Shown here: positions 1-6,629 of the stretch, piece after piece
Numbering within the stretch: position 1 is the first letter of the stretch
How the letters are laid out: each line of letters opens with the position of its first letter
IMG/VR virus record: IMGVR_UViG_2660237953_000005
Length of the DNA: 8,877 nucleotides
DNA from: a virus
Taxonomy: Duplodnaviria; Heunggongvirae; Uroviricota; Caudoviricetes
Strand: one strand, 5' to 3'
Program-made: the position numbers and the translations under genes
Notes under the pieces: generated by a model
Seen by the model: only the letters and a program-made list of their open reading frames with translations
Told to the model about the DNA's origin: nothing
Database searches by the model: none

Positions 1-12
1 ATTACCACCTCC
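1..12 (-). promoter_or_regulatory. Shine-Dalgarno region for the next downstream gene (expected major tail protein V; its start codon lies just outside the window)
   Basis: Minus-strand reading after the U stop (TAA, 13..15) is GGAGGTGGTAAT, a strong SD-like motif placed where a start codon would fall just past position 1. In lambda, V follows U after a short spacer. Confidence 0.4.
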
Positions 13-414
13 TTAATTCGTGTACGTGATCTGGTACGTGATTTCCGCCATCGCCCAGGTGGCCATCTCATTATCACGTTGATAGTTAAAACCGAGTGGG
101 ATCATGGTGTCGATGAGTCCGGAAAGCACCGGAATATCCTTCATGGCCGGAAATATGGTGTTCTCCATCCACGTATCCAGCTCAGAATCCGGCGCCTGTG
201 CACGGACGAAAACGGCAATATGCAGAACAGCCTGCCAGTCGTCCTCATCCGTCATTTTTCCGGTGTACTGCGCATCACTCAGCCACACCGCCACGGCGGG
301 CAGTTCCTGCGCATCAATAAATGCCGGAAGCCCGTCAAAAAACGTGGCGCTGTCTCCACACTGTTCCCGAAGGCGTGCCAGCACGCTCTGACGGATTTGT
401 GTGTGTCGGTTCAT
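13..414 (-). CDS. U: tail tube terminator protein, lambda gpU-like
   Basis: 133-aa ORF. Shares motifs with my recollection of lambda gpU (ATFFDG, PAVAV, YTG, PDSELD.WME, DIP.LS.LI, ITY.ITY). ATG at 412..414 overlaps the Z stop (ATGA), as in lambda. Confidence 0.85.
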   Translation of the reverse strand: MNRHTQIRQSVLARLREQCGDSATFFDGLPAFIDAQELPAVAVWLSDAQYTGKMTDEDDWQAVLHIAVFVRAQAPDSELDTWMENTIFPAMKDIPVLSGLIDTMIPLGFNYQRDNEMATWAMAEITYQITYTN

Positions 415-998
415 TTACTCAGATGTAACCTCAGTTGTTGTTTCAGGGCATACCCCAGCTGTTTCGGCATTTCCGCAGCAATGATGCGGTCGCGGGCATC
501 TTCAAATGCCTGTGTCAGCGGTCCGGACATCGGGATTTTCACCACATCAATGGGGTAACGATTTTTGCCGTCAATACGCCGCATCACATGCCAGCGACCA
601 TTCGCCAGTTGCTGAATAAACGCATCCCGGAAAAGGTATTTCCCCACTTTCAGTACGCTGCCACGATGACGTGAGTTGCTGCCATGCCGGGAGCGGGCCA
701 GTCTGACCTGTGCGGTACCCAGCTTAATGGCGGGCAGGTTACCCCGGTTAACACGCATGCGGGCATACATTTTTCCTGAGGGGCTGGCTTTAAGCAGCCT
801 GACACGCTCCCTGACCGTTTTCAGGGGAATACCTTTCACCTGGTTATCCCCGGCAACGGTATTCTGCGCAACCTGCCGTGTGGCGACAGAAACAATCTTT
901 GCCGCCACACGGTTTACCGCCCATGCGCTGGTCTGTGGCACCATGCGGGTATCGAGGCTGTTCAGATTGCGGATGGCATTCTCAAGTCCCTTCATCAT
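411..998 (-). CDS. Z: tail completion protein, lambda gpZ-like
   Basis: 195-aa ORF (lambda gpZ is 192 aa). Conserved blocks KGLE, NRVA, RVNRG.LP.IKLG, FIQQL.NGRWHVM.R..GKNRYPIDVVKIPM, LGYAL..QLR. ATG at 996..998. Confidence 0.85.
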   Translation of the reverse strand: MMKGLENAIRNLNSLDTRMVPQTSAWAVNRVAAKIVSVATRQVAQNTVAGDNQVKGIPLKTVRERVRLLKASPSGKMYARMRVNRGNLPAIKLGTAQVRLARSRHGSNSRHRGSVLKVGKYLFRDAFIQQLANGRWHVMRRIDGKNRYPIDVVKIPMSGPLTQAFEDARDRIIAAEMPKQLGYALKQQLRLHLSK

Positions 999-1359
999 AT
1001 CGCCTCATTCTGGCATTATTCTGTGGGGCAGGACTGCCCCGCCTTAACCGGATATAACAGCATCCCCCGTCATCCGGAGTAATACGATCCACAAAGAAAG
1101 AATCATCCCCGATAGTTAACGTATCCTGACGGCGTAACTGCGATATATCTGCCGTTTTCACAAACAGGCACGGTGAGGAATCCTCAAGCCGGATCCCCCC
1201 GGCAACAAAAGAAATACTTTCGGGATCATCAAAAACCCCTGTCAGGTGTGTCCCCTCAAGTTCTCCGGACGTAATGACGGCGCTGATCCCCATATCACGG
1301 AGAATGACTTCATTGACACCGGCAAGCGCAGCATCAAACAGATTATCGAAACCGTCCAC
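982..1359 (-). CDS. FII: head-tail joining (head completion) protein, lambda gpFII-like
   Basis: 125-aa ORF. Conserved FDNLFDAA, GVFDDPE.IS, SSP.LFV.T, QLRR.DTLTIG, VDR..PDDGG. Apparent GTG start at 1357..1359 with AGGAG 5 nt upstream. 3' end overlaps the Z start by 17 nt. Confidence 0.8.
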   Translation of the reverse strand: MDGFDNLFDAALAGVNEVILRDMGISAVITSGELEGTHLTGVFDDPESISFVAGGIRLEDSSPCLFVKTADISQLRRQDTLTIGDDSFFVDRITPDDGGCCYIRLRRGSPAPQNNARMRRYDEGT

Positions 1360-1370
1360 GACATCTCCTG

Positions 1371-1757
1371 TTACTGCCTTTTTGCCAGACCACCTGCCGC
1401 CATGCTGGCAGCCACCTCAGCAGAAACACGAAACGACGTTCCCGGTGAAACAAATATCACTGAACCATTACATTTTGTATGCAGTGTCGCCAGTGCCACC
1501 ACCGTAACCTGCCCCGTTTCGTCTCCGGTAACAATGCCTGGCTGTTCAGGAACTGACTCGCCTTTATGCGCGGTCGGATCATCTTTCGATGGTGAGTACG
1601 TATCCGGCTCTGCGACCTCCCCCGCATCTCCAAGCTCTTCCTCCAGTTCCGCCACTCGCTGCGCAATATCTGCCGCACTACCGGAGACATCCGGTTCACG
1701 CCCCAGCCTCTCAGCCAGCTCACAAAGACGTTTCAGGTTTTCTTCTTTCGTAGCCAT
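1371..1757 (-). CDS. FI: DNA-packaging accessory protein, lambda gpFI-like
   Basis: Homology to lambda gpFI (RVAEL.EEL, VTVVAL..LHT, PGT.FRVSA.VAA.M...GLA). Chosen start is the ATG at 1755..1757 (MATKEENLKRL), which matches the lambda N-terminus and has AGGAG 5 nt upstream. The ORF track's earlier start at 1790 lies inside a hairpin and adds 11 non-homologous residues. Confidence 0.8.
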   Translation of the reverse strand: MATKEENLKRLCELAERLGREPDVSGSAADIAQRVAELEEELGDAGEVAEPDTYSPSKDDPTAHKGESVPEQPGIVTGDETGQVTVVALATLHTKCNGSVIFVSPGTSFRVSAEVAASMAAGGLAKRQ

Positions 1758-1776
1758 ACCCGCTCCTGATTGAATG

Positions 1777-1800
1777 AAAAACGGGAGCATTTAGCTCCCG
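1777..1800 (-). terminator. terminator-like hairpin between E and FI (GC-rich 7-bp stem, 5-nt loop, U5 tract)
   Basis: Plus 1782..1788 cgggagc pairs with 1794..1800 gctcccg around loop attta. On the minus-strand transcript this reads CGGGAGC-UAAAU-GCUCCCG followed by UUUUU (plus 1777..1781). It starts 8 nt after the E stop and ends about 20 nt before the FI start. Confidence 0.4.
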
Positions 1801-1808
1801 CTCACGGA

Positions 1809-2837
1809 TTATTTCACCTGCACCACCACAAACTCATCCGGATCCGGCAGCACCATCAGCGGCGCGGACTGCGTCATGGTGAATTCACGCGCCGGATCAC
1901 CCACGGTCAGCCAGTGTTTCGGATAACGGGAAGACGCCACCACGCCTTCAGACAATGCCTGCGCATCCTGAATGGCACCGTAGCAACGAATACCCTCTGC
2001 GGCCGTATTTCCCAGTACCAGTGTGCCGTCCGGCAGATAACGTTTTTCGGTACCGTCCTCTGCCACATAGGACGTTTTTGCCACCACGATTGCCAGATCA
2101 CCATAATACCCTTTGAAGGACACCACCGCCCCCAGGTCTTTCACTGCCGTTTCCAGCTGTGAATTTGAGCCACGACGGGTATCCAGTTTTTCGCGGAACA
2201 GCTTAAAGCCATTCAGCAGACGCCAGACCTTACCATCCATAATGGCAATATTGATGGTGCCGGAAGCAAAATCACAGTACGCATCCAGATCATGCGTCGG
2301 ATCAAAGGTATCGCGGTCCTGAGCGCTCCACTCCGTCCCTCCTGCCTGCGTAATGTTATTTCCCACCGACCGGCCAAAATCGACCTCAACAGTTTCAAAC
2401 TGCTCTCCTTCCATGGTGTATTTGCCATACAGCACGGCATTCACCGCCTGCATCTCTTCCACCTGGACAATGGCGTGCTCTTCCTGTTTGAGGTTATCGG
2501 TGATGATACGCAGGCGACGGTAAGCCGGGCCGTTCAGCTGGGCCGGATCTTCACCGGGAAGACGCTCCACCGCCTGCTGGTAATTAAATTCGTGTTTCGG
2601 CTTAACGTAGCCCGGGCGCAGTACACGAGTTTCACCGCCACGGTGACGCAACACCTTTCCTTCAACAACCGGGGAGACATAGGCCGCCACCGGCGTTTTT
2701 CCGGTAATTTTGTCCAGCATTACCTCTTCGGTATGGAAATTCACCGTACGGCGGAAAAACAGCTCCAGAAACAGCGCACGAAATTTAACTTTTTGTTCGG
2801 TATAACCGAGTAACTGGCGGGTCGTAAACAATCCCAT
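1809..2837 (-). CDS. E: major capsid protein, lambda gpE-like
   Basis: 342-aa ORF (lambda gpE is 341 aa). Extensive conserved blocks: PGYVKPKHE, AIVQVEEMQAV.AVL.GKYTM.GE, NNITQ.GGTEWS, KLDTRRGSNS.LETAVKDLG, LGNT, GDPAREFTM.QSAPLM.L.DPDEFV.VQ. ATG at 2835..2837. Confidence 0.92.
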   Translation of the reverse strand: MGLFTTRQLLGYTEQKVKFRALFLELFFRRTVNFHTEEVMLDKITGKTPVAAYVSPVVEGKVLRHRGGETRVLRPGYVKPKHEFNYQQAVERLPGEDPAQLNGPAYRRLRIITDNLKQEEHAIVQVEEMQAVNAVLYGKYTMEGEQFETVEVDFGRSVGNNITQAGGTEWSAQDRDTFDPTHDLDAYCDFASGTINIAIMDGKVWRLLNGFKLFREKLDTRRGSNSQLETAVKDLGAVVSFKGYYGDLAIVVAKTSYVAEDGTEKRYLPDGTLVLGNTAAEGIRCYGAIQDAQALSEGVVASSRYPKHWLTVGDPAREFTMTQSAPLMVLPDPDEFVVVQVK

Positions 2838-2894
2838 AAATCAGTTCCTTTCATTCAGAAATCAGTCAGGCTACCGCAGTGACCTGATAAAATG

Positions 2895-3242
2895 TTACGG
2901 CAGCGCTGCGTGACTCAGGGCACTGCCGGCAAAGGCATTCGCCTTTTTGTGTGTATCCACTCTCTCAGGCCAGTGGATGGCCTCCGTCGCAAAGGTCCCC
3001 GACTTGTAATACGTCAGCACCGTCTCTGTACCTTCAAGCGGCAGTACCAGTATGCCAACCACATGGCCTGCCTTCTGTCCGTCCCAGACCACCAGTTTCC
3101 CGGTATCCTCATCCAGCATCAGGGGCGTCAGAGCCGGTGTTGCCGAGGAAATCCCGCTGCAGCCTGTGGCGGTATGGGCCGGATCATTACCGGCAAAAAT
3201 ACGTACTTCCGCACGCTGTTCAGTGATGGTTTTCGTTACCAT
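2895..3242 (-). CDS. D: head decoration protein, lambda gpD-like
   Basis: 115-aa ORF (lambda gpD is 110 aa). Conserved DPAHTAT, TPLMLD, KLV.WDG, VGIL, YKSGTF, WPE, AFAG. ATG at 3240..3242 with GAGG about 10 nt upstream. Confidence 0.85.
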   Translation of the reverse strand: MVTKTITEQRAEVRIFAGNDPAHTATGCSGISSATPALTPLMLDEDTGKLVVWDGQKAGHVVGILVLPLEGTETVLTYYKSGTFATEAIHWPERVDTHKKANAFAGSALSHAALP

Positions 3243-3301
3243 ATTGTAAAAACCTCATATTGATGGTCAGCACTGACTTCATGGCATGGCCATGAGCATT
3301 T

Positions 3302-4156
3302 TCACGTCCGCATCACCGTCTGCTGACGTCTGTGGCACGCCACCCTGTACCGCTGCCGGTGAATGGTTCGCCATGNNNNNNNNNNNNNNNNNNNNNNNNN
3401 NNNNNNNNNNNNNNNNNNNNNNNNNNNNNNNNNNNNNNNNNNNNNNNNNNNNNNNNNNNNNNNNNNNNNNNNNNNNNNNNNNNNNNNNNNNNNNNNNNNN
3501 NNNNNNNNNNNNNNNNNNNNNNNNNNNNNNNNNNNNNNNNNNNNNNNNNNTTCAGCCTGCGCCTCTGCCCCTTTTGCCTCATCCAGGGCCATAATCTGAT
3601 CACGAAGTGAGGGTCCGGCATTCGCCTGCGGTGAAGCAGCCAGAATCGGACGGGCTTTTTCCACCGTCATCTCCGGCATCGCCGCCAGCGTTGCCGCCAG
3701 TTGTTCACGTCCTTTCGCCTCTTCACATGCCATAATGCGATCGGCTTCACTCTGCGCAGATACACCAGATTGTTGCGGTGCCGCCACGGCCAGAATCGCC
3801 CGGGCCTGCTCAACGCTCATACCCTGTTGCCCTGCCAGCATCGTGGCCAGTTGTTCACGTCCTTTCGCTTCCTGACACGTCAGGATCCCCATCACTCGCT
3901 GGTTCTCCTGCGCGGCAGCCTCCGTTGCAGTTAATTGCGGCATAGTGCCTCCTGTATCGTGTGTGTTCAGCGTCGCAGCCATCACGCTGATGGCGTCCGA
4001 CGCATTGATTAATTCATCCGCCAGTTCGGCCTCAATACCGGACTGACCTTCAAAAACGGCGGCCTCTGTTCCCATAACCGCATCCACAGATAAACCGGTA
4101 TACATCGCCACTTTTTCAGCAAACATCCGGCGCGCCGCATCAATGCGCTGCTGCAT
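3302..4156 (-). CDS. nu3: possible nested scaffold protein Nu3, translated from an internal in-frame start within C; start and end both uncertain
   Basis: In lambda, Nu3 is the C-terminal part of the C reading frame made from an internal start near C residue 239. Here in-frame ATGs lie at 4154..4156 (MQQRIDAARR) and 4124..4126 (MFAEKV), the region aligning with the lambda Nu3 start. Neither has a convincing SD. The 3' end is affected by the gap. Confidence 0.3.
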   Translation of the reverse strand: MQQRIDAARRMFAEKVAMYTGLSVDAVMGTEAAVFEGQSGIEAELADELINASDAISVMAATLNTHDTGGTMPQLTATEAAAQENQRVMGILTCQEAKGREQLATMLAGQQGMSVEQARAILAVAAPQQSGVSAQSEADRIMACEEAKGREQLAATLAAMPEMTVEKARPILAASPQANAGPSLRDQIMALDEAKGAEAQAEXXXXXXXXXXXXXXXXXXXXXXXXXXXXXXXXXXXXXXXXXXXXXXXXXXXXXXXXXXXWRTIHRQRYRVACHRRQQTVMRT

Positions 4157-4846
4157 GTCCTGGCGAACCTTTGCTGGCAGGGATTCAAACTGATTGCCAT
4201 CCACCTTGTGCGATCCGGCGTAAATCAGCGTGATATCCACACCGGCCTGTGCCAGATGACCGGCATAGCTGACATGGCCCATCATCACCCCAATGGAGCC
4301 GATACGGGATGTCTGGGTAACCAGCCGTCGGGAGCAGGCCGATGCCAGTAACATGGCGGCTGAACAGGCCGTGTCATTGCACAGTGCCCAGACAGGCTTC
4401 AGCTGCCGGAGACGGTAAATCATGTCAGCGCAGTCAAACGCGCCGGTGGCCTGCCCGCCAGAACTGTCAATGTCCAGCAGTACGCCCCGTACCTGAGTGT
4501 CCGCCATTGCCTGCTGAAGACAGGCGACAATGCCGTCATAGCCAGTCATTCCGGAAAATGGCCGCATGCCACCCAGCCGGTGTACCAGCGTGCCGGTCAC
4601 CGGCAGTACAGCAATACCGTTCACCACCCGGTAAACACGGGCAGGTCGTTTGCCTCCGGCCATGTACTCGTCCGTTTCAGCCAGCATCCCGGGAGCGTCA
4701 AGCTGTACCTGCTGTTGCGGTACCGAAAGGCTTGCTGCGCCCATCTCACGCCCGAGCGCGCAAAAGAAAACCCGCGCATAGGCGGGCTCCAGAAGCAGCG
4801 GCTCATTGAATGCCGCAGCGATAATATGTGAAAGATTACGTCTCAC
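3302..4846 (-). CDS. C: capsid assembly protease C with C-terminal scaffold (Nu3) domain, lambda gpC-like; interrupted by an assembly gap, so the 3' end and stop are unreliable
   Basis: N-terminal 300 aa match lambda gpC (AFNEPL.LEPAYARVFFCAL, NGIAVLPV.GTLV, GMTGY.GI...LQQA, GAFDCAD.I.R.R..KPVWAL.ND, LLASA.SRRLVTQT.R.GSIGVMM.H, TLIY.GSHKVDGN, YTGLSV, TEAAV). Apparent GTG start at 4844..4846 overlaps the B stop by 11 nt. The ORF runs through the 175-N gap (3376..3550), so the frame and stop after the gap are arbitrary. Confidence 0.75.
   Translation of the reverse strand: MRRNLSHIIAAAFNEPLLLEPAYARVFFCALGREMGAASLSVPQQQVQLDAPGMLAETDEYMAGGKRPARVYRVVNGIAVLPVTGTLVHRLGGMRPFSGMTGYDGIVACLQQAMADTQVRGVLLDIDSSGGQATGAFDCADMIYRLRQLKPVWALCNDTACSAAMLLASACSRRLVTQTSRIGSIGVMMGHVSYAGHLAQAGVDITLIYAGSHKVDGNQFESLPAKVRQDMQQRIDAARRMFAEKVAMYTGLSVDAVMGTEAAVFEGQSGIEAELADELINASDAISVMAATLNTHDTGGTMPQLTATEAAAQENQRVMGILTCQEAKGREQLATMLAGQQGMSVEQARAILAVAAPQQSGVSAQSEADRIMACEEAKGREQLAATLAAMPEMTVEKARPILAASPQANAGPSLRDQIMALDEAKGAEAQAEXXXXXXXXXXXXXXXXXXXXXXXXXXXXXXXXXXXXXXXXXXXXXXXXXXXXXXXXXXXWRTIHRQRYRVACHRRQQTVMRT
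3376..3550. other. assembly gap (175 N) inside the C/nu3 coding region
   Basis: Run of n characters. It is flanked on the 5' side by tandem repeats, consistent with a collapsed or unresolved repeat. Confidence 0.99.
3551..3895 (-). repeat. in-frame tandem repeat array (at least 3 copies, unit about 141-159 bp, 47-53 aa) in the scaffold-domain part of C/nu3, abutting the gap
   Basis: Exact 23-nt repeat gccagttgttcacgtcctttcgc at 3696..3718 and 3846..3868 (150 bp apart). Protein copies VMGILTCQEAKGREQLATMLAGQQGMSVEQARAILAVAAPQ / IMACEEAKGREQLAATLAAMPEMTVEKARPILAASPQ / IMALDEAKGAEAQAE-(gap). Unit boundaries at plus 3590..3595, 3731..3736, 3890..3895. Confidence 0.8.
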
Positions 4847-6429
4847 GTGATGTTGTCTCCTCTTCCGGCCTGCGACTCTCCGCTATCTGCTGCTGATACG
4901 CCTGGGCTATCCACACCGGACGTGAGAGTCCGGCTTTTTCGCGCTCTGCGGATTCCCTGACCTGCTGGCGGAAAATGTCCTGATAATCTTCGCCCATCAG
5001 TGCCAGTTCTTTCTCATACGTGCTCAGTCCGGCCTCAATGCGCATCACCGATTCCTGGACCTCCTTGAGCCCGTCAATGGCCATTCTTCCGGAGCTAATC
5101 CACTCTGCCCGTGACCAGGCTGAACGCGCCTGGTAAAAATCAAAACGCGCCCGTGGCGGACGAATAATCCCCCGAAGAAGCGCCTCTTCCAGCCAGCAGG
5201 AAAACATCTGCGTGGCCAGCCGGGCCGCAATAAATTTTCGCCGCCCCATAAAATAGCGCCACGACTCATTGGCGGAGGCGCGGGCACTTGAGTAACTGAC
5301 CTTCGAGTAATCACGGGACAACTGTTCGTAGGAAACGCCAAGACCGGCTGCAATATACCGCAGCAGCGCCTGTTCAAGCGCCGAAAATCCATTGTCTGAA
5401 TCCTGCGCTGTCTGCAGGTTCAGCGCATCGCCAGGAAAAAAGGTGCGGAATTTTAACACCGCCCAGCGTCACGTTATTCGTGTCATACCAGCGGGTGAAC
5501 TTCTCCAGAATATTAATAAGCGGATTATCCTGCTGACCTTGCGGTGCCCCCGCGATATATTCAAATGCCTTTTCGGTATCAAGTTCACTTTCGATTGTGG
5601 CTGCATACATCGCCTTCACAATGGCCGACTGAAGCTGCGTGGCCTGCAGGGAGTCCAGCATCTTCATCCGCTCCATTACGCTGTAAAACTGATTAGCCCC
5701 ACGGGTCTGCCCGTCCTCCACCGGCTCAAAAATATGCAGCATGGCCGGACGCCCGGTGGGAAGCTCACGCGGGATCCGCTCCCAGCGTCCGGCACCAGAG
5801 AACGGAAAATCATCCTCACAGATATGGTACGCAATCGCCCGCCCATACCGATCGACCTCAACCCCGGCCCGCAGAAAGTGGTTCCCCATACCGTGTCCTG
5901 GCGTGTCCACCCGTTTCGGACTCACGGCTTTAAAACGCGTACGGAATAACTGCGTGGTTTCCGTATCCCAGACCGGCTGCACAAAGATTTCGCCGTTAAA
6001 GGCATGCACGCCCACCCCTTCACGGATAAATTCCGTAAACGTGCGTTTCCCTTCCACGTCGATCTCGCCAAACATTCCTTCTGCGTATTCCGACCAGGCT
6101 GCTTCCACCTCCCCGACAAAACTTTTTGCCGTGGTCTCCCGCATCCCCAGCCAACGCCAGTTCAGACGGTAGCTGATAAGAAACATGTGCCCGACGATAT
6201 GATCCTTATGCAGGGCCACCGCATTAGCCGCGATACCGTTATTGCGCACCAGATCATCTGCCCGGGCATTCCCCAGACGCAATGCAGGCAACAGGGCCGC
6301 ATCGGCACTCTGCGCCGGTGGTAACCACTCTGCCATTTGCCCGCCAAATCCTGCGCCGCCTCCGTTGTAGCTGAGACTCTCACGAAGCGGAACGCCGTTC
6401 ACATCAATCAGGACAGGCGTTCGTTTCAT
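4836..6429 (-). pseudogene. B: portal protein, lambda gpB-like; as assembled, the frame is broken by a 1-nt indel in a homopolymer (A6 on plus, 5436..5441), giving two ORFs (5374..6429 and 4836..5459)
   Basis: The upstream ORF (351 aa, ATG 6427..6429, MKRTPVLIDVNGVPL...) and the downstream ORF (ending ...RRPEEETTSRET) together equal the ~533-aa lambda portal. Homology continues across the junction only after a frame change within ccgcaccTTTTTTcctggcgat: HLF in one frame, then FPGDALNLQTAQDSDNGFSALEQ in the next. Confidence 0.85.
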
Positions 6430-6629
6430 AACCTCACTCCCAGCGGTCGGCGGCGTCGGGTCGTACCCAGAACCGACTCCGCATCGTTGATCGCACGGTT
6501 AAGCTCATTCAGGGACGCTGCCGTATATTCGATCCTGCGACCGTCTTTCTGTACCGACACAACCCGTTTACCGGTTAATAAATCAAGGCGCGCCTGACGC
6601 AGCGCCTGCAGTTCAGCGACTGTAACCAT
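6426..6629 (-). CDS. W: head completion / head-tail connector protein, lambda gpW-like
   Basis: 67-aa ORF (lambda gpW is 68 aa). Conserved L.TGKRV..VQKDGRR.E.TA.S and the RRR motif near the C-terminus. ATG at 6627..6629 directly follows the A stop, with GGAGGAG upstream. Stop overlaps the B start (ATGA). Confidence 0.85.
   Translation of the reverse strand: MVTVAELQALRQARLDLLTGKRVVSVQKDGRRIEYTAASLNELNRAINDAESVLGTTRRRRPLGVRL

Noticed and set aside
1457-1723. 88-aa minus-strand ORF in an alternative frame inside FI (Arg/Trp-rich)
   Set aside because: It is fully embedded in the FI frame, has a biased composition typical of an out-of-frame read, and has no homology.
1246-1773. Plus-strand 175-aa ORF (Ser/Pro/Ala-rich), and similar long plus-strand ORFs at 2292..2813, 4342..4809, 5392..5949, 5741..6172 and 7416..7904
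   Set aside because: Each lies antisense to a minus-strand gene with strong lambda homology. The compositions (Arg/Pro/Cys/His-rich, low complexity) are typical of antisense shadow frames, with no recognisable homology and no room for a separate promoter or RBS.
1758-1790. Upstream ATG at 1788..1790 as the FI start (MLPFFIQSGAG...)
   Set aside because: It sits inside the terminator-like hairpin and adds 11 residues absent from lambda gpFI. The ATG at 1755..1757 has a well-spaced AGGAG and matches the homologous N-terminus.
2838-2894. D-E intergenic region (57 nt) as a regulatory element or small RNA
   Set aside because: It matches the ~55-nt D-E spacer of lambda. It contains only an SD (AGGA) for E and a weak 5-bp inverted repeat, with no compelling structure or promoter motif.
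3266-3294. Short palindromes in the C-D spacer (gtcagcactgac; catggcATGgccatg) as a terminator or operator
   Set aside because: Stems are only 5-6 bp with 2-3-nt loops and no U-tract, and the spacer length depends on the unresolved gap frame. Too weak to call.
3313-3621. ORF-track entries spanning the N run (X-containing ORFs at 3286..3594, 3313..3621, 3332..3610, 3363..3599)
   Set aside because: These are artefacts of translating the assembly gap; N's cannot support coding calls.
3551-3895. Possibility that the ~150-bp repeats are a CRISPR array or a non-coding repeat element
   Set aside because: The repeats are in frame inside a conserved protease/scaffold gene, have no spacer-repeat architecture, and translate to a repeated protein motif.
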